64,000 nt of DNA from positions 372,001 to 436,000 of the forward strand of contig CBFDEM010000016.1 in NCBI GenBank assembly GCA_965603825.1. The letters are read 5' to 3'. Below, piece after piece: positions 12,088-24,400 of this stretch (its first letter is position 1; every line of letters begins with the position of its first letter). The notes under the pieces are model-generated. The model saw only the letters and a list, made by a program, of their open reading frames with translations. It did no database searches and was not told the DNA's origin. Source of the stretch: Blepharisma stoltei ATCC 30299. Its lineage: Eukaryota > Protista > Ciliophora. The translations under genes and the position numbers were made by a program.

Positions 12088-14607
12088 ATGTGAAATGAAT
12101 TATTTGATGAAAAAGTGAACTTATCGACACGCGTCAGAAACACAACGACTATGGTTCCGATACACCCAAAGCCAATTGATGAAGACTTTGATCAATATGC
12201 AAATATCAACCTTGTCAATATTTTGGCTTCTACAACAGGGTTTCCTACGAATTGGGATCCAACACTTCATGACCAAATAAACAAAATGAAGAACCTATTG
12301 GAGCAAGAAAAACAAGAGCAAAGGGAAAAAAGGCATAATAAGTATTTGCAGAGACTTGCAAGCAAAAGCCCAAGGAAAAAAGAGTCAAACGAAGATCAAG
12401 AAATAGTCAATGCAAGATTTAAAGCAAAGCTGGAAAGAATCACAAAACATCTGCCGCCTGAAGATTACTATAAGAATTCCCCCATTAAGCCTGGCTTTGG
12501 ATTTCTTGAAAGCTTGATTCATGGAAGAAGAAATATTAACAAGCTCAAAGTAAATATACCGGAAAGTTATTATGCAGCTGATAGAGCTTATTTATTATAT
12601 ACAGATGAAGCAGGTTGTGCTAATTGTGAGACTTCATTTAAAGTGTATGATTTCATGAAAAAAGTGCTAAGTCATAGGGTGCAGTCAGATAACGAAATGG
12701 ATCAAGCTGCAGCTGTTTTTAGAGCGAGAGGAGATTTGTGGATGAAATCAAGTGTACTTATGTGGGATCAGTTTAGATCAAGAATTGAATCTCATGAGCA
12801 GCTGCAGTCAGTGCTACTGCAACGGTATATAAGAACTTCTGGAGATAGACCATCAATTACTAGAATATTTTTTTCAAGCTTCAAAAAAGACCATAGAGCT
12901 AATTTAGGGGTTGCAATTATAAACGACGTTAATGAGATGGAATATTTAAGCCCTTATAAAAGATTCATCATTGATACAAAACTCCCAAACACATGAGATA
13001 TTGTAAATGTTACAGGACATGCGTTAAGGCCTTATGAAGTAGAAGCTAAAAAAATAGCCAGATTTTTAGAAAAATCGTATGATTTGAGGCTTGAAAAAAT
13101 AGTGCTTGATTTCATAAGAGATCAAAGTGGAAAAATCTGACTTTGTAATTGCAAAGGGTTCAAAATTGATATAACGAGCTTGAATAAGCAGGAGTTAATA
13201 TTTTTTGATAAATTTGCAAGGCATTCATTATCTTCTCCAAAATTTTCAACTCCAGCTAGCATCAAGGACGCTAAGGCAAAGTCAATGAGTAAAGTTGAGG
13301 AAATTGTTTATTATGGTAATTATAATTTAGCACATTGTAAATCTTGCAAATTGAATTATGCTCAATCAGATCTCAATCATCTTGTGTCAGAAAGAATGAT
13401 TGTAATTTTTAAAGAGCATATTGAAAGCCGAAGAAACGCCCCATTTGATACTTTAAATGCTAATGTAGCAAATTTTGAAACTTTATCTCAATCTGTCAGA
13501 GTTTGTGACTATTGCTTCACACTTATAAGCAGCGAGCTTGAACTAATTAAAGTTGAAAAAGAACTAGCTAAAACAATGAATATTCCTATAGATAAGTCTT
13601 TTACTTCCGACCCTGACTTGCAATTTTTGCCTCAAACCTTAAACCAATGGCGTATTTTAATATATTTTGACAAATTGGAAATGGTTACGGACACTTATAA
13701 AGATTTGCATTTAAGCATCAAATTTCATAACAGCATTACCGTATTTCCTCTCGAAAACTTATCAGGATTCCAAATATTAAAAATTCCACATATGAAGCTC
13801 TACTATCTTTATCTATCTGCAGATAAATCTCCAAGAGCCTTTTTTAAGCATTTTCAAATAGAAATTCGCATCACACGGGACAGATCTTGAGAATCCAAAA
13901 TTGCTTACTCGAAGTCCTTTTTATTTTTTGAACTCCCTTTTTATTTATCCCCAAATCAGGCCATGAGCTCTCAAAAAAGACTTTTCCTTTATGGCGAAAA
14001 TTCCAATATACTCGGGGAGATTTCTCTTGTAATTGGAGTTTCGAATGATCATAAGATAAAGACAAAATATTTCAAAGTTGGGCTTGAGAAGATATTAGAT
14101 GTATATCTTCCTGATGAAAATCATTATAGATGTGATCCATTACCTGAGCAATGAATGGAAATGCTTGGAAATAAAAATGATGAAAGTAGCACGTTTGGAA
14201 ATAAATCAGGAGAATATAACTATACGCCTCATTTGAATAAAAATGAGATGAAAAGGATGGAAAGCGAAGTACCATTAGAAACTGATAGGAAAAGCAGCAC
14301 TATGAGCCGACGTTCAAGCATTTTTATGCCTATTGAAGAGCCTGAAAGAGAAATAATCCCTAAACTCCAATTAGCGAAGATGAGAAAATCGAAGAAAAAG
14401 CAGAAAAAATTGAGTAAAGATGTCGATCAATATTTAAATAGGAGAGGAACTTGTAACTCAATTAAGTCCAAAGAGACGAGTAATGAGCTAAAAAAATGAG
14501 GAAGCACCGGAGATATAAAAGAAGAAAAGCAAATCTCAAAAAAAACCTCAATGAAGCCGTTAAATAAAATATTCCGCACAACATGCTCAAAAATGCTAAG
14601 CGTCTAG
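12088..14607 (+). CDS. Uncharacterised 839-aa protein: putative ATP-grasp-like domain, CxxC...CxxC module, basic low-complexity tail
   Basis: ATG-TGA-AAT start at 12088; four track ORFs in one frame joined by TGA; TAG at 14605-14607. Motifs VNIPES, LLQRYI, IVLDFIRDQSGKIWLCNCK, CKSC and CDYC. Confidence 0.7.
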
Positions 14608-14686
14608 CTGATATTTGGACTGATTCGCTTTGTACAAAACGATCAATTAATTAAACGATATATTTTTTTTTTCAAAATTTAATTAA

Positions 14687-15529
14687 TTAATTATTTAGGC
14701 AAGCTAATAAATCTTTGCCTAATATTTCTTCTGCTTCTTTTTGAGAAAACTCAAAAATCTCATCTTCGGAATTTTTTGCCTTTTTTTCTTGATAAACTTT
14801 CGGCTTCTTCACTTTAATTTCCCCTCTAAAATATGCGTCCCCAATTACTTCTCCATCTACATTTACCCACTCAATTTTATATTTTTCCCAAAATCTAAAA
14901 CTTTCCAAGGTTTTCCTTGCTGCCGAGTGACTTGAAAAATTCAAAATTGCGTATCCTTTGCCATGAATTTTTATTTCATTTATTCTTTGAGGCTTCGAAA
15001 ATAGAGAAGAAATAAAAGACGCTTTAACAAATGGCTTGACTGGAGATATCTTCAACAGTTTGTTGAAGCGGTTCCCTTTAAACATTAGCTGCTGGTGTAA
15101 ATTTTTGTAGATATTCTCATATTTTTCTGTTTCATTGGTAAACAGGTTTTCATGCTTTTGGAGGATTTCAAGAGCTTCAAAAGTTTTCCCTTGCTGATGT
15201 AAAACGCCTACGAGATCCTTGATAGCACTTTCAGCTCTGTCATTAGAATTGATTGCTTTAAGGTACAGATCAGCAGCTTTTTCAAGATTTTTTTCGATGT
15301 ATTCTGCTTTTTTGCCAAGAGCGTAAACGGAATCTCCTTTGGGAATTGGGTAGTAGACTTTAGAATCTTTGGAATATTTCGTGACAAAAGGGCGGTTAGG
15401 GTCTCTGGGTTTGAGAACAGATTCTGAAGAAACGTGAGATGAAATGTGCTTTATTTCGTAAACTCCAGTGCCTTGGTTTTCTTTATTAAAGTCGCTTGGG
15501 AGAAGAGCAGAAAACTTTGTTTTAGCCAT
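14687..15529 (-). CDS. TPR protein resembling the plant TDM1/MS5/SDI1 N-terminus, followed by an RRM-like domain (start may be 15580)
   Basis: IPKGDSVYALGKKAEYIEKNLEKAADLYLKAINSNDRAESAIKDLVGVLHQQGKTFEALEIL, then GKGYAILNFSSHSAARKTL (RNP1-like). Confidence 0.65.
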   Translation of the reverse strand: MAKTKFSALLPSDFNKENQGTGVYEIKHISSHVSSESVLKPRDPNRPFVTKYSKDSKVYYPIPKGDSVYALGKKAEYIEKNLEKAADLYLKAINSNDRAESAIKDLVGVLHQQGKTFEALEILQKHENLFTNETEKYENIYKNLHQQLMFKGNRFNKLLKISPVKPFVKASFISSLFSKPQRINEIKIHGKGYAILNFSSHSAARKTLESFRFWEKYKIEWVNVDGEVIGDAYFRGEIKVKKPKVYQEKKAKNSEDEIFEFSQKEAEEILGKDLLACLNN

Positions 15530-15775
15530 TTTAAAATGATAAATTGTTGCTAATGGCTCATTTTTTACAAAATGGGGCATGATTTCACGTTTCCCATAAT
15601 TTCTTCAAAAGTTTATCTTGGCATAGCTCTTAATTCAAAACTTATTAAATATTTTATCAATGCTGTCCTAATTTTACTTTTTTCCTGATTCAACTCTAGT
15701 TTCAGTCTTATCATTTTCACTGCTTATTTTTCTTATATTTTAATAAATTTCTTATTTAATCACTTTTCCATATTT

Positions 15776-17236
15776 ATGGGAAATTGTTCTTGCTCAAAAG
15801 CCTCTGAAAATTTTGACACTTTCTCTTATTCTGAATCTGTCTCAATCAAAATCAAAGAAAGAGACTACTCAGGCAGAATCACTCATAATGAAAAAGTCGA
15901 TTTCAAGGTAACTTCTCCTGTTTACCAGCATTCACAAGAAATTCAGTTAAGCCCTTACAAATTTTTTATATCAGGATGTGTCCTTCCCGGTTTAGATCCC
16001 CGTGGGATGATGGAAAAAGAATGCCAGGACAATCTTTTCTTTATTGAAAAAGAAGGCTCTATCCTAGCTGCTTTATTTGATGGACATGGTCGTGAAGGTC
16101 TGAAGGTTGTGGAATTCTGCAACAAATTTATGAAGGAATATTTTAAGAACAATGCCAGTGATTTTAAAGCTCATCCTAAAGAGGCATTAGATAGCATTAT
16201 AGAAGAATGTGATCACGCACTAAGTCAGCCCAGTAGCAAGGTAGATCCTTTAATTTCAGGGACCACCGCAGTCGTCATGTATATTGATGAGACAGGACTG
16301 TATGTAGCTTCTGTTGGGGATTCCAGGGCAATTTTAGCAACCGTCCCAAAGAAAAATGAAGAAGTGCAGCAGCCACCAAGAGTAGACAAAAATAATCTTT
16401 ATAAGAGATTTGTGGAACCAAGCAGGATTTTAAACCCACTAGCACTAACAGTTGATCAGAAACCAAATCATCAGGAAGAGCTGGAAAGAATACAAAAAGC
16501 AGGAGGAAAAGTCCAGCAGCTCACTGACGACAGAGGAAACAAAGTAGGACCTTTTAGAGTATGGAAAAAGAACGGAACTCTTCCAGGACTAGCAATGAGT
16601 CGGTCTATAGGTGATGGAATTGGAAAAGAATGTGGAGTCATTGCTACACCGATTTTTCACTCATTTCAGTTATTTCCTGGAAAAGACCAGTTTATTGTTG
16701 CTGGGAGTGACGGAGTGTGGGATGTTATGGAAAACATAGAGGTTGCGAATTTCGTGGATAAATTCAGAGGAAGGTCAACAAAGACAGTAAGAAAAGAAAC
16801 AATATACCCGATTTCAGTAATTTTAATTTAGCCTGAAAACTCAAGTATAGCTCATTTATTGGCTGAGGAGTCCAGATATAGATGGTACGGAATTTGTGAG
16901 GATGAAGACGTTATGATTGATGATATTTCTGTCATAGTAATTGAAATTAATTCTCTTATGCCAAGCTCGAGCTTGAGCAACTTGGATGTTGAAGATAGAA
17001 GAACGTTGAGATTAAATAGTGTTGGGAATATACCAACTGAAAGTACACAGATGCAGCCTGGGACACTAAGAGGAGATGCGGTTAGGGGAAGCTTTATTCC
17101 AGCAAAAGACCCAAATGCAAAGAAAAAGAGGGTTGATCCGAAAAGAGGCTCATATTTGCCAGCTGGCCAAGAAGAAGAAAGTCACGAGACACTGGATGGA
17201 GTACCTTTTGTAGATGAAGAAAACAAACAGCAATAA
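15776..17236 (+). CDS. Protein phosphatase 2C (PPM), probably N-myristoylated; one 15-nt intron (16817-16831)
   Basis: CQD, LFDGHG, SGTTA, VGDSRAIL, LAMSRSIGD, GSDGVWDV and, after splicing, IDDISVIVI. Starts MGNCSC. Confidence 0.92.
16817..16831 (+). other. 15-nt intron GTAATTTTAATTTAG
   Basis: Splicing removes an in-frame TAG and joins the PP2C core to its essential DDIS motif. Confidence 0.9.
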
Positions 17237-17522
17237 CATATTAGATTTATGTTCATAGCCTAAGATTCATTTATAATTATCATAAAGCATCTTGATATAA
17301 ACTGCACCGCTTCAAGTATGGCAAGCGTACAAACAGCTTAAGCAGCTATCATTTCAGTTAAAAGCGCTGACTGGGTCTCAAGATGCGCTATCAGAAAGTT
17401 TAATCGCTGATTATGGATCTTCAAACGGATATAACTCTTTATACCTTTTTCTTCATACAATTTTTCATTACTTAAGATTTTTCTTACTAAGCACCCTTAT
17501 TTACGATTAAAATTATTTTATC

Positions 17523-18773
17523 TTATTGAGTCTTAAAACCTAATGCTAAACTGTGGTCAGCTCCACAAGAAACTTGTAAGACTCTGTAATTGGTAAAGTA
17601 TTCTACTGGCACTGTTGCCGTTCTATAGCTAGCTACACTTTCAACATTTCCCTGTCTCCCTAATTGACCATCTCTACCTCTACCTACCATTAAAAGTCTG
17701 AAATCCTGTGTAATAAATGCACTATGACCCCCTCCACAGAAGAGTCTTGATATTAAAGGAATTCCTTGAATAAGTCTTGGGGTTGACTGGTTCGAAGTAT
17801 TTCCATGACATAACTGTCCATCACTTCCAGCTCCCCAACTGAAAACAGTACCTTTATCAGTTAAAGCCATCACATGAAAGTCTCCAGTTGCAATTTCAAC
17901 AACATTTGAAAGTACTTTGATCTGTTGAGGAGTTGCTCTAAACCTGTCAGTTTGAGAAAGGCCAAGTTGGCCATACTCATTATTCCCCCAGCTATACAGT
18001 TTTCCTTCATTATCTAAAACAATGCAGAAGTTTCTCCCACATGCAAGCTTTACTATTTTTTTCCCTTCAAGTCCTTGAACTTTTTTTGGATGCTTAAGAG
18101 GAGTTCTATCGCCATGGCCTAAAGCATAATCTCTCCCTTGCCCCCAGGTATAGACCTCTCCATCCTCAGTTACTACTGCTGTAAAGTGTCCTCCACAGCC
18201 AATATCAACAACCTTTTTGCTTTCAAGCTCTCCTTTGACTTGTTTAGGAGGCTTTCCTCCTTTGAAAATTTGGGGCTTAAATGCTTTGGGGTTTTTTACT
18301 TGTTCTAGATTTTCTTCATGGCCGCACTGTCCATTGTCATCTAATCCCCAAGTATAAAGTTTCCCATCATGAGTGAGCCCTGCCATATGGCCTCTGCCAC
18401 AAGCTACTTTTACTAACTTGGCATCGTATAATTGAATCAGTGGAGTTGGGATCAAAACATTTGCGTCTGTTTCGCTATGTCCTAGCACTCCGTCCAAGCC
18501 GCTTCCCCATGTAAACGCATGGCCGTTCACATCTAAAGCTACACTAGAATTGGACTGTCCTGATGAATGGATTGATTTAATGTTTTGATTTTCCAGTTCT
18601 TCTATTAGAGTTGGGAGAGCTCGAGAAGTGTCACTGCCAAGACCAAGCTGGCCAGAAGTGTTTTGTCCCCATGAGAAAACTGAATAGGAAGGGTCTGAGT
18701 GTGTTTGATTAGAACAAAAGAATGATCCTGCAAACAGTAAACCTGGCTTAAAAAGGGCACTTAAGAACTTCAT
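17523..18773 (-). CDS. RCC1-repeat (7-bladed) protein with an N-terminal targeting-like peptide
   Basis: Repeated (S/T)WGxNxxGQLG and ACGxxH motifs. Confidence 0.88.
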   Translation of the reverse strand: MKFLSALFKPGLLFAGSFFCSNQTHSDPSYSVFSWGQNTSGQLGLGSDTSRALPTLIEELENQNIKSIHSSGQSNSSVALDVNGHAFTWGSGLDGVLGHSETDANVLIPTPLIQLYDAKLVKVACGRGHMAGLTHDGKLYTWGLDDNGQCGHEENLEQVKNPKAFKPQIFKGGKPPKQVKGELESKKVVDIGCGGHFTAVVTEDGEVYTWGQGRDYALGHGDRTPLKHPKKVQGLEGKKIVKLACGRNFCIVLDNEGKLYSWGNNEYGQLGLSQTDRFRATPQQIKVLSNVVEIATGDFHVMALTDKGTVFSWGAGSDGQLCHGNTSNQSTPRLIQGIPLISRLFCGGGHSAFITQDFRLLMVGRGRDGQLGRQGNVESVASYRTATVPVEYFTNYRVLQVSCGADHSLALGFKTQ

Positions 18774-18928
18774 ATTGTTTTAGATATTATTAGAGTGAGT
18801 TTAGGGAGCGTGGGTAAAATTTGATAAAAAAATAATAAAATTCATGAAATAATAATGCAAGTTTTGAATTTTCAACTTGATGCCTTGGGATATTGGGATA
18901 AATATTAATCTATCATAATTTTATTAGA

Positions 18929-19675
18929 ATGGTAAAAATTATATAGTCCAGAAGATATGATTCAAAAACAACTACCTTTACTCCAGAAGGCCGTCTCATG
19001 CAAGTAGAATATGCTATGGAAGCTATCAACAATGCAGGGTCAACAGTTGGCGTTTTATGCTCTGAAGGAATCGTAATCGGAGCTGAAAGAAAGCAAACTT
19101 CAAAGCTTCTGGAGAGATCAAAGCACAGTGAAAAAATGTATCAGATCGACGAGCATGTTGTGTGCGCAGCAGCTGGACTGACAGCAGATGCCAATATCCT
19201 CATAAATCATGCCAGAATTATCAGCCAGCAATATCAATATACCTATCACGAGCTTATGCCTGTTGAACAGCTTGTCAGACAACTTTGCAACTCAAAACAA
19301 GGTTACACACAGCATGGTGGACTCAGACCTTTTGGAGTTTCATTCTTATATGCAGGTTGGGATCCGATTTACGGCTTTCAATTATATTGTTCTGATCCCA
19401 GCGGAAATTACTTAGGATGGAAAGCAATTGCAATTGGAGCAAATAACCAATCAGCTTCTGGGATATTAAAACAAGATTATGAAGAAAATTTTACACTAAG
19501 ACAGTCTCTTGGGTTGGTGGCTAAGGTAATTACGAAGTCAATGGACACTACATCACCGACACCAGACAAACTTGAAATTATTGTATTGTCAAGGCAAAAT
19601 AATAAGGTGGTTTATAAAACACTTAGAGACGAAGAAGTGCAAGAAATTCTAACTGAATTCAAAATCGTAACCTAA
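18929..19675 (+). CDS. PSMA4: 20S proteasome subunit alpha-3 (PSMA4/PRE9); 15-nt intron directly after the ATG
   Basis: Spliced N-terminus MSRRYDSKTTTFTPEGRLMQVEYAMEAI; QGYTQHGGLRPFGVSFLYAGWD; SDPSGNY. Confidence 0.95.
18932..18946 (+). other. 15-nt intron GTAAAAATTATATAG
   Basis: Splicing gives the conserved M-SRRYD N-terminus of alpha-3. Confidence 0.95.
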
Positions 19676-19800
19676 CTCTTCGTTTTAAGGAAATGCAGAC
19701 TATTGAGTCATAAAAAGCTAATAATTAAATTCACAATTAATTTAAGTTAAATGAATCCTTCACTTAAGTTGTTGGGTTCTAAGTGATTATCAATATAAAT

Positions 19801-20496
19801 ATGGTAAAATTATGGATCATCCGCCATGGTCAAACTTTATATAACAAATTCCAACATGATTGAACTGATCTCGGGAATTCTCTAGAAAATGCTCAGTTTC
19901 GCTGGGATCGTAGCTATTGTGATGCACCTCTTTCAGAAATCGGAATAGAGCAAGCATCATCTAAAGTTGATCAAGCACATAGCTTAAACGTCACTAAAGT
20001 CTACGTTTCCCCATTACGTCGCGCTCTGCAAACCTGTGATATCCTATTCAGAAATCACCCAAATACTCCAAAAATAGTAGTCCATCCTTTATTTACTGAA
20101 TTAATTCACAATTCCCATGATATTCCTACTTATTCAGGAACTCCTTATCCAGAATTCTCACATTTTGACTGAAGTAATGTTCCTAATCATTTCTATGTGC
20201 CTGAAATATTAAATAATCAATATACACAACAACTGATAGGAATGAATTTCGAAGATGCCAGAATAAGGTTGCTTGATATTATGAGGGAAATTAACCCGTT
20301 AATAGTTGAGAGTCAGTGAGAGATGTATGATAGAACAAGAAAAGCGAGAGAAATTATAAGAAGTGGACAAGAAAACGTAGGACTTGTGACTCATTCTTCA
20401 TTTTTAACATACTTCATGAGCGAGCTTAACGAAAATAGAGAGTTCATAGGATTGAAGAGGCTAAATAATCTAGAAATGGTTGAGTTCGAGTTTTAA
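19801..20496 (+). CDS. Histidine phosphatase superfamily (phosphoglycerate mutase-like), 231 aa; absent from the ORF track
   Basis: IIRHGQT, DAPLSEIGIEQA, VSPLRRALQT, LVTHS; 3 in-frame TGA; TAA at 20494-20496. Confidence 0.9.
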
Positions 20497-20669
20497 AAAT
20501 CTACGTATATTAATATGAAATATTTCTCTAAATAATTTTGGCACCTAATTTCATGCAGATTAAATTTCATTAAGATCGGAATTTTCCCTATATATTAGTC
20601 TATTTTATAGGGTACTTTCTAGTGTGTTTTGATTATTTAAAACAATTTTTCCAAATAGATGATATAAAA

Positions 20670-21332
20670 ATGGAAATTTTTGCAGAGTTGATTAAAAATC
20701 TAGATAAAGACCTATCTCTTAAGGAATCAATAGCAAATCTTGCTCAAAAGCTAGAGCATATTATTAATGCAGAAAATACTGAATTTTCATATCTGCTAAT
20801 GTACAATGATTTAGTAAAAGTTCAAAAATCAATCATTTTGAGCAGAATTAACAAGTCAAAAGCGAAATTGGCTCCTTATGCTGTATATATTAGATAGATT
20901 CAACCATTAATGATGGGTAGAAAAAAGTATAGTATTCCTATGGGGTATTTGCCTTATTTTTTTCAAAAACCACAAAAGAATTGGGCTAAGCATGCTGGAA
21001 ATATCAGTCAGGTAAGTTTATGATTTTTGAATTCCAGAATAGATTCTGTTGCAAATTGAACCTATGATATAGATAGATTACCAGAAGTCAAGAAGAAGAT
21101 GAAAGAAATGATAGAAGAACCTAATTTTGTTGGATCGAAACACGAATTTGGAATTAGATGGGCTAAAATTGCATTAGGCTTAATCCCCAAAATTCGACAT
21201 GAACAATCTTTGGCACAGCAAATAGATAAAATTGAAAATAAAATCTTACGGAAAAAGAAACAAATAGAAGCGAACAAAAAACTGTTAGCCAAAACGATTG
21301 AGCTAAAGCAGCTTATAGATAAATCCTATTAA
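20670..21332 (+). CDS. Hypothetical protein, about 215 aa, C-terminal coiled coil; one 15-nt intron (20883-20897)
   Basis: Two track ORFs in the same frame, joined by the intron and 2 TGA. Confidence 0.6.
20883..20897 (+). other. 15-nt intron GTATATATTAGATAG
   Basis: GT-AG, A at position 10; splicing removes an in-frame TAG between open frames. Confidence 0.65.
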
Positions 21333-21479
21333 ACTTTGATTTCAATTAGTAAATATATAAATAATAGTATTCATTATGCATTTAAAATGCTATAAAAGAA
21401 AGATCATATAGTTTATATAAATATTTATGCTTTCGTAGTCTTGAAATAAGTTTAATATCAATCTTAATATAGAAAAAAA

Positions 21480-24400
21480 TTAATTAGAGTGCGAAACTTT
21501 GCTTTTTTGATAAGGAAAATTGAGCAGATACTGAGATTCCTGTGGCCCTGTAGACATAATCATTTTTCTGAACAAAGACATTTCTCTACTTTTTAATTCA
21601 CTGGGCGTGCCTATCTCCTTGCAAGTCCCCTTCTTCATGACAATAATCTTATCAGCATCTATGATTGTCCTCAGTCTATGAGCAACTATAAGCATTGTAG
21701 TTTCCCTAAACATTTTCCTGATCTTCTTTTGAATAAACCTATCTGTTTCTGGGTCTATATTTGCAGTTGCTTCATCCATCATGACAATTTTATTTTTCCG
21801 AATAAGAGCTCTTGCCAAACACACCAACTGCTTTTGACCTGCAGAGAGATTTCCGCCTTCTCCTGCTAAAATTGTGTTTATTCCTTCAGGATAAGAATTG
21901 ACTAGTTCAGTAAGTCTCGTTTGTTTTAATGCAATTAAGATTTCATCTTCTGAGTGCTCATGGAATGGATCAAGATTATCTCTGAAACTTGCCAAAAATA
22001 TAGTAGGCGATTGAGGAATAACTGACATCTGCTTTCTCAGCTGATGCAAGCCAACAGTTTTATAATCTTGCCCATCAATAAGAATAGTACCAGAAGTAGG
22101 ATCAATTAGCCGAAATAATACTTGCATGATAGAAGATTTGCCAGCTCCTGTTCTTCCAACAATGCCAACTTTTTGCCCAGGTTCTATAGAGAACGAGAGA
22201 TTTTGCAAAGCATATGGGTAATTGTCTCTATATCTCATTGAAAGCTCCTTTATTTCGATCCTCCCTTTGCCAATTATAAATGGGACTTCAGTTTTAAAGA
22301 CCCCTTCTTCAGGAATATCTGCATATTCTATGAGTCTTTGCGGTGACGCCATTTGATTTTCTGTTTCTACAACTGTTTTTGCCCAGTAAGTGACTAAGTT
22401 TGAAACAGAAATCGTGAGCGAAATGCTCATAGCGGCCAAACTTTCATTGATATTGTCTTTATATAAAACTAAGATCATAACATTTAATATGTTCACAAAA
22501 ACTGATCCGAGATCAGTATAACTCTGATAGAACCTCAGAATCATTTGATAAGTAAACATTGCTCTAAGACTTGCAGTGACAGCATTCTTCATGTCCTGGA
22601 TGCATTTTTCTTGAAGATCTAGTGACCTTATTGTAACTATTCCATTCACAGTAGCGTTGCATAAGGATAAAACAGGGCTTTTTGAAGTCAATTCAATCCT
22701 TTTTAAGTCTTTAGTAATTGGCGCTAGATTTCTAATAAGTAAAAAGACATATATAAAGAAGGCTCCAATGACTGCTATATTTGGAGGAGCAACGATTGCC
22801 AAGACTATCACATTTCCTAAAAGGGCAAACGATAAGTTGATAAATTCGTAGAAAAATGTCATAAGCACTTCATCCATTAAGAAGGTATCTTTTGAGAATC
22901 TATTTATCATTCTTCCAGTAGGATTTTTATCAAAAAAGGTAATTTGAGTCATTGTCATTCCTTTTAATGCTTGATTGTGTAGCTTTTTTGCTCCACATAG
23001 CATTCTATAGTTGAGAATATAAGCTCTACTATAAGACAACAAATAATTCATCCCAACAATAATGGCAAAACCCCAAATAAAATATGAATTACTTTGGTCA
23101 TTGCTATTTTGTCTTGCCCATATAGCAAGTCACCATAAAATTGCAATATAAACTACTTGTGCACCAACCAATAGAGCAAGCATAAATGGAAAGGCTGCAA
23201 TAGAGTTAAATCCAAACATTAAGAATCTATAATAGATCTTAAGAGGAACTGACCCTTGTGCTCTCTCTTCTTCTTGGATTGATAATTTATCACCTGTCAC
23301 TTGTTTTTTTGTACCCTCTTCAATTATTTTAGTATTGCTTTCTTCTTCCTTGCTTTCGAATTGATGCATCAATTCTCCGACAATGTGCGAAATGTTATCT
23401 TTTGTTTTTAAGTCCTCATATGTTCCAAAGAATAGTTGCTTTCCTGAATCTAAAACTAGAATCTTATCAGCTTCAGAAATATAATGGATTTGATGAGTCG
23501 CTAAAATCACAGTTTTGCTATTAAGGAATCCTTTTATGCATTTATTGAAGAGATGCTCGCTTACCTCAGAATCTACAGCACTTAGAGGATCATCTAGAAG
23601 CAATATATCTCTATTTGTATAGAGTGCTCTAGCTAAGCTGACACGAGCTTTTTGACCTCCACTTAAAGTGATTCCTCGGTCCCCTACAACAGTTAAATCC
23701 CCATATGCAAAACTATCAATATCTTGCTCCAATGCACAAGCTTTAATAACATTTTGATAGAAAGCTTCATTGAACTCAAGTCCCATTAAGATATTATCTC
23801 TTATACTTCCTGACACTATTCAAGGATCCTCACCTGAATAGGCAATCTGCCCATTAATTTTGACTTCCCCACTTATTAATCCTATTTCCTGCAGAATGCC
23901 CATAAATAGGCTGCTTTTTCCGCATCCAACAGGCCCAATAACAATTAAAAGCTCTCCTGGTTTTAGCTTGAAATTAATTTCATTGAGAACTGCTTGACTT
24001 TCTTCAAATGACTTATTTGTGTCTGATGAAGTATTTCCTCCTTCAGGATCGTTCCATGAAAAGATGGAATTTTTCATCATTAATGAGAATTTTGGTTTCG
24101 ATGAGCGAGCTGAAGTCTTCTGCTGTTTTATCAGAAGAGTTTCTGTAATTCTTTTCATTGATGAAAAGAATAAAAATAAAAGTAGAACTCCAAGTGCCCC
24201 TAGATTTGATATAAGATTGTGAGTTATAGTCAAAATCGTGACGGTCGCAAAAACAACTCCTGGATCCAGAGTATTGCCAAGAGAAATATAGATTACGAAA
24301 GTTATAAACAAAACAAGCCCAAGCCCTCCATTTCCCATCGTTCGGTTCAGTGAGTTAAACTTGACCCTTTTCAAAGCTTGCCTCATTTCTATTTCTCTCT

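Noticed and set aside
21012-21037. Textbook CAG|GTAAGT donor with a downstream CAG (26-nt intron)
   Set aside because: Splicing would frameshift an already open frame, and the length does not match the 15-nt pattern.
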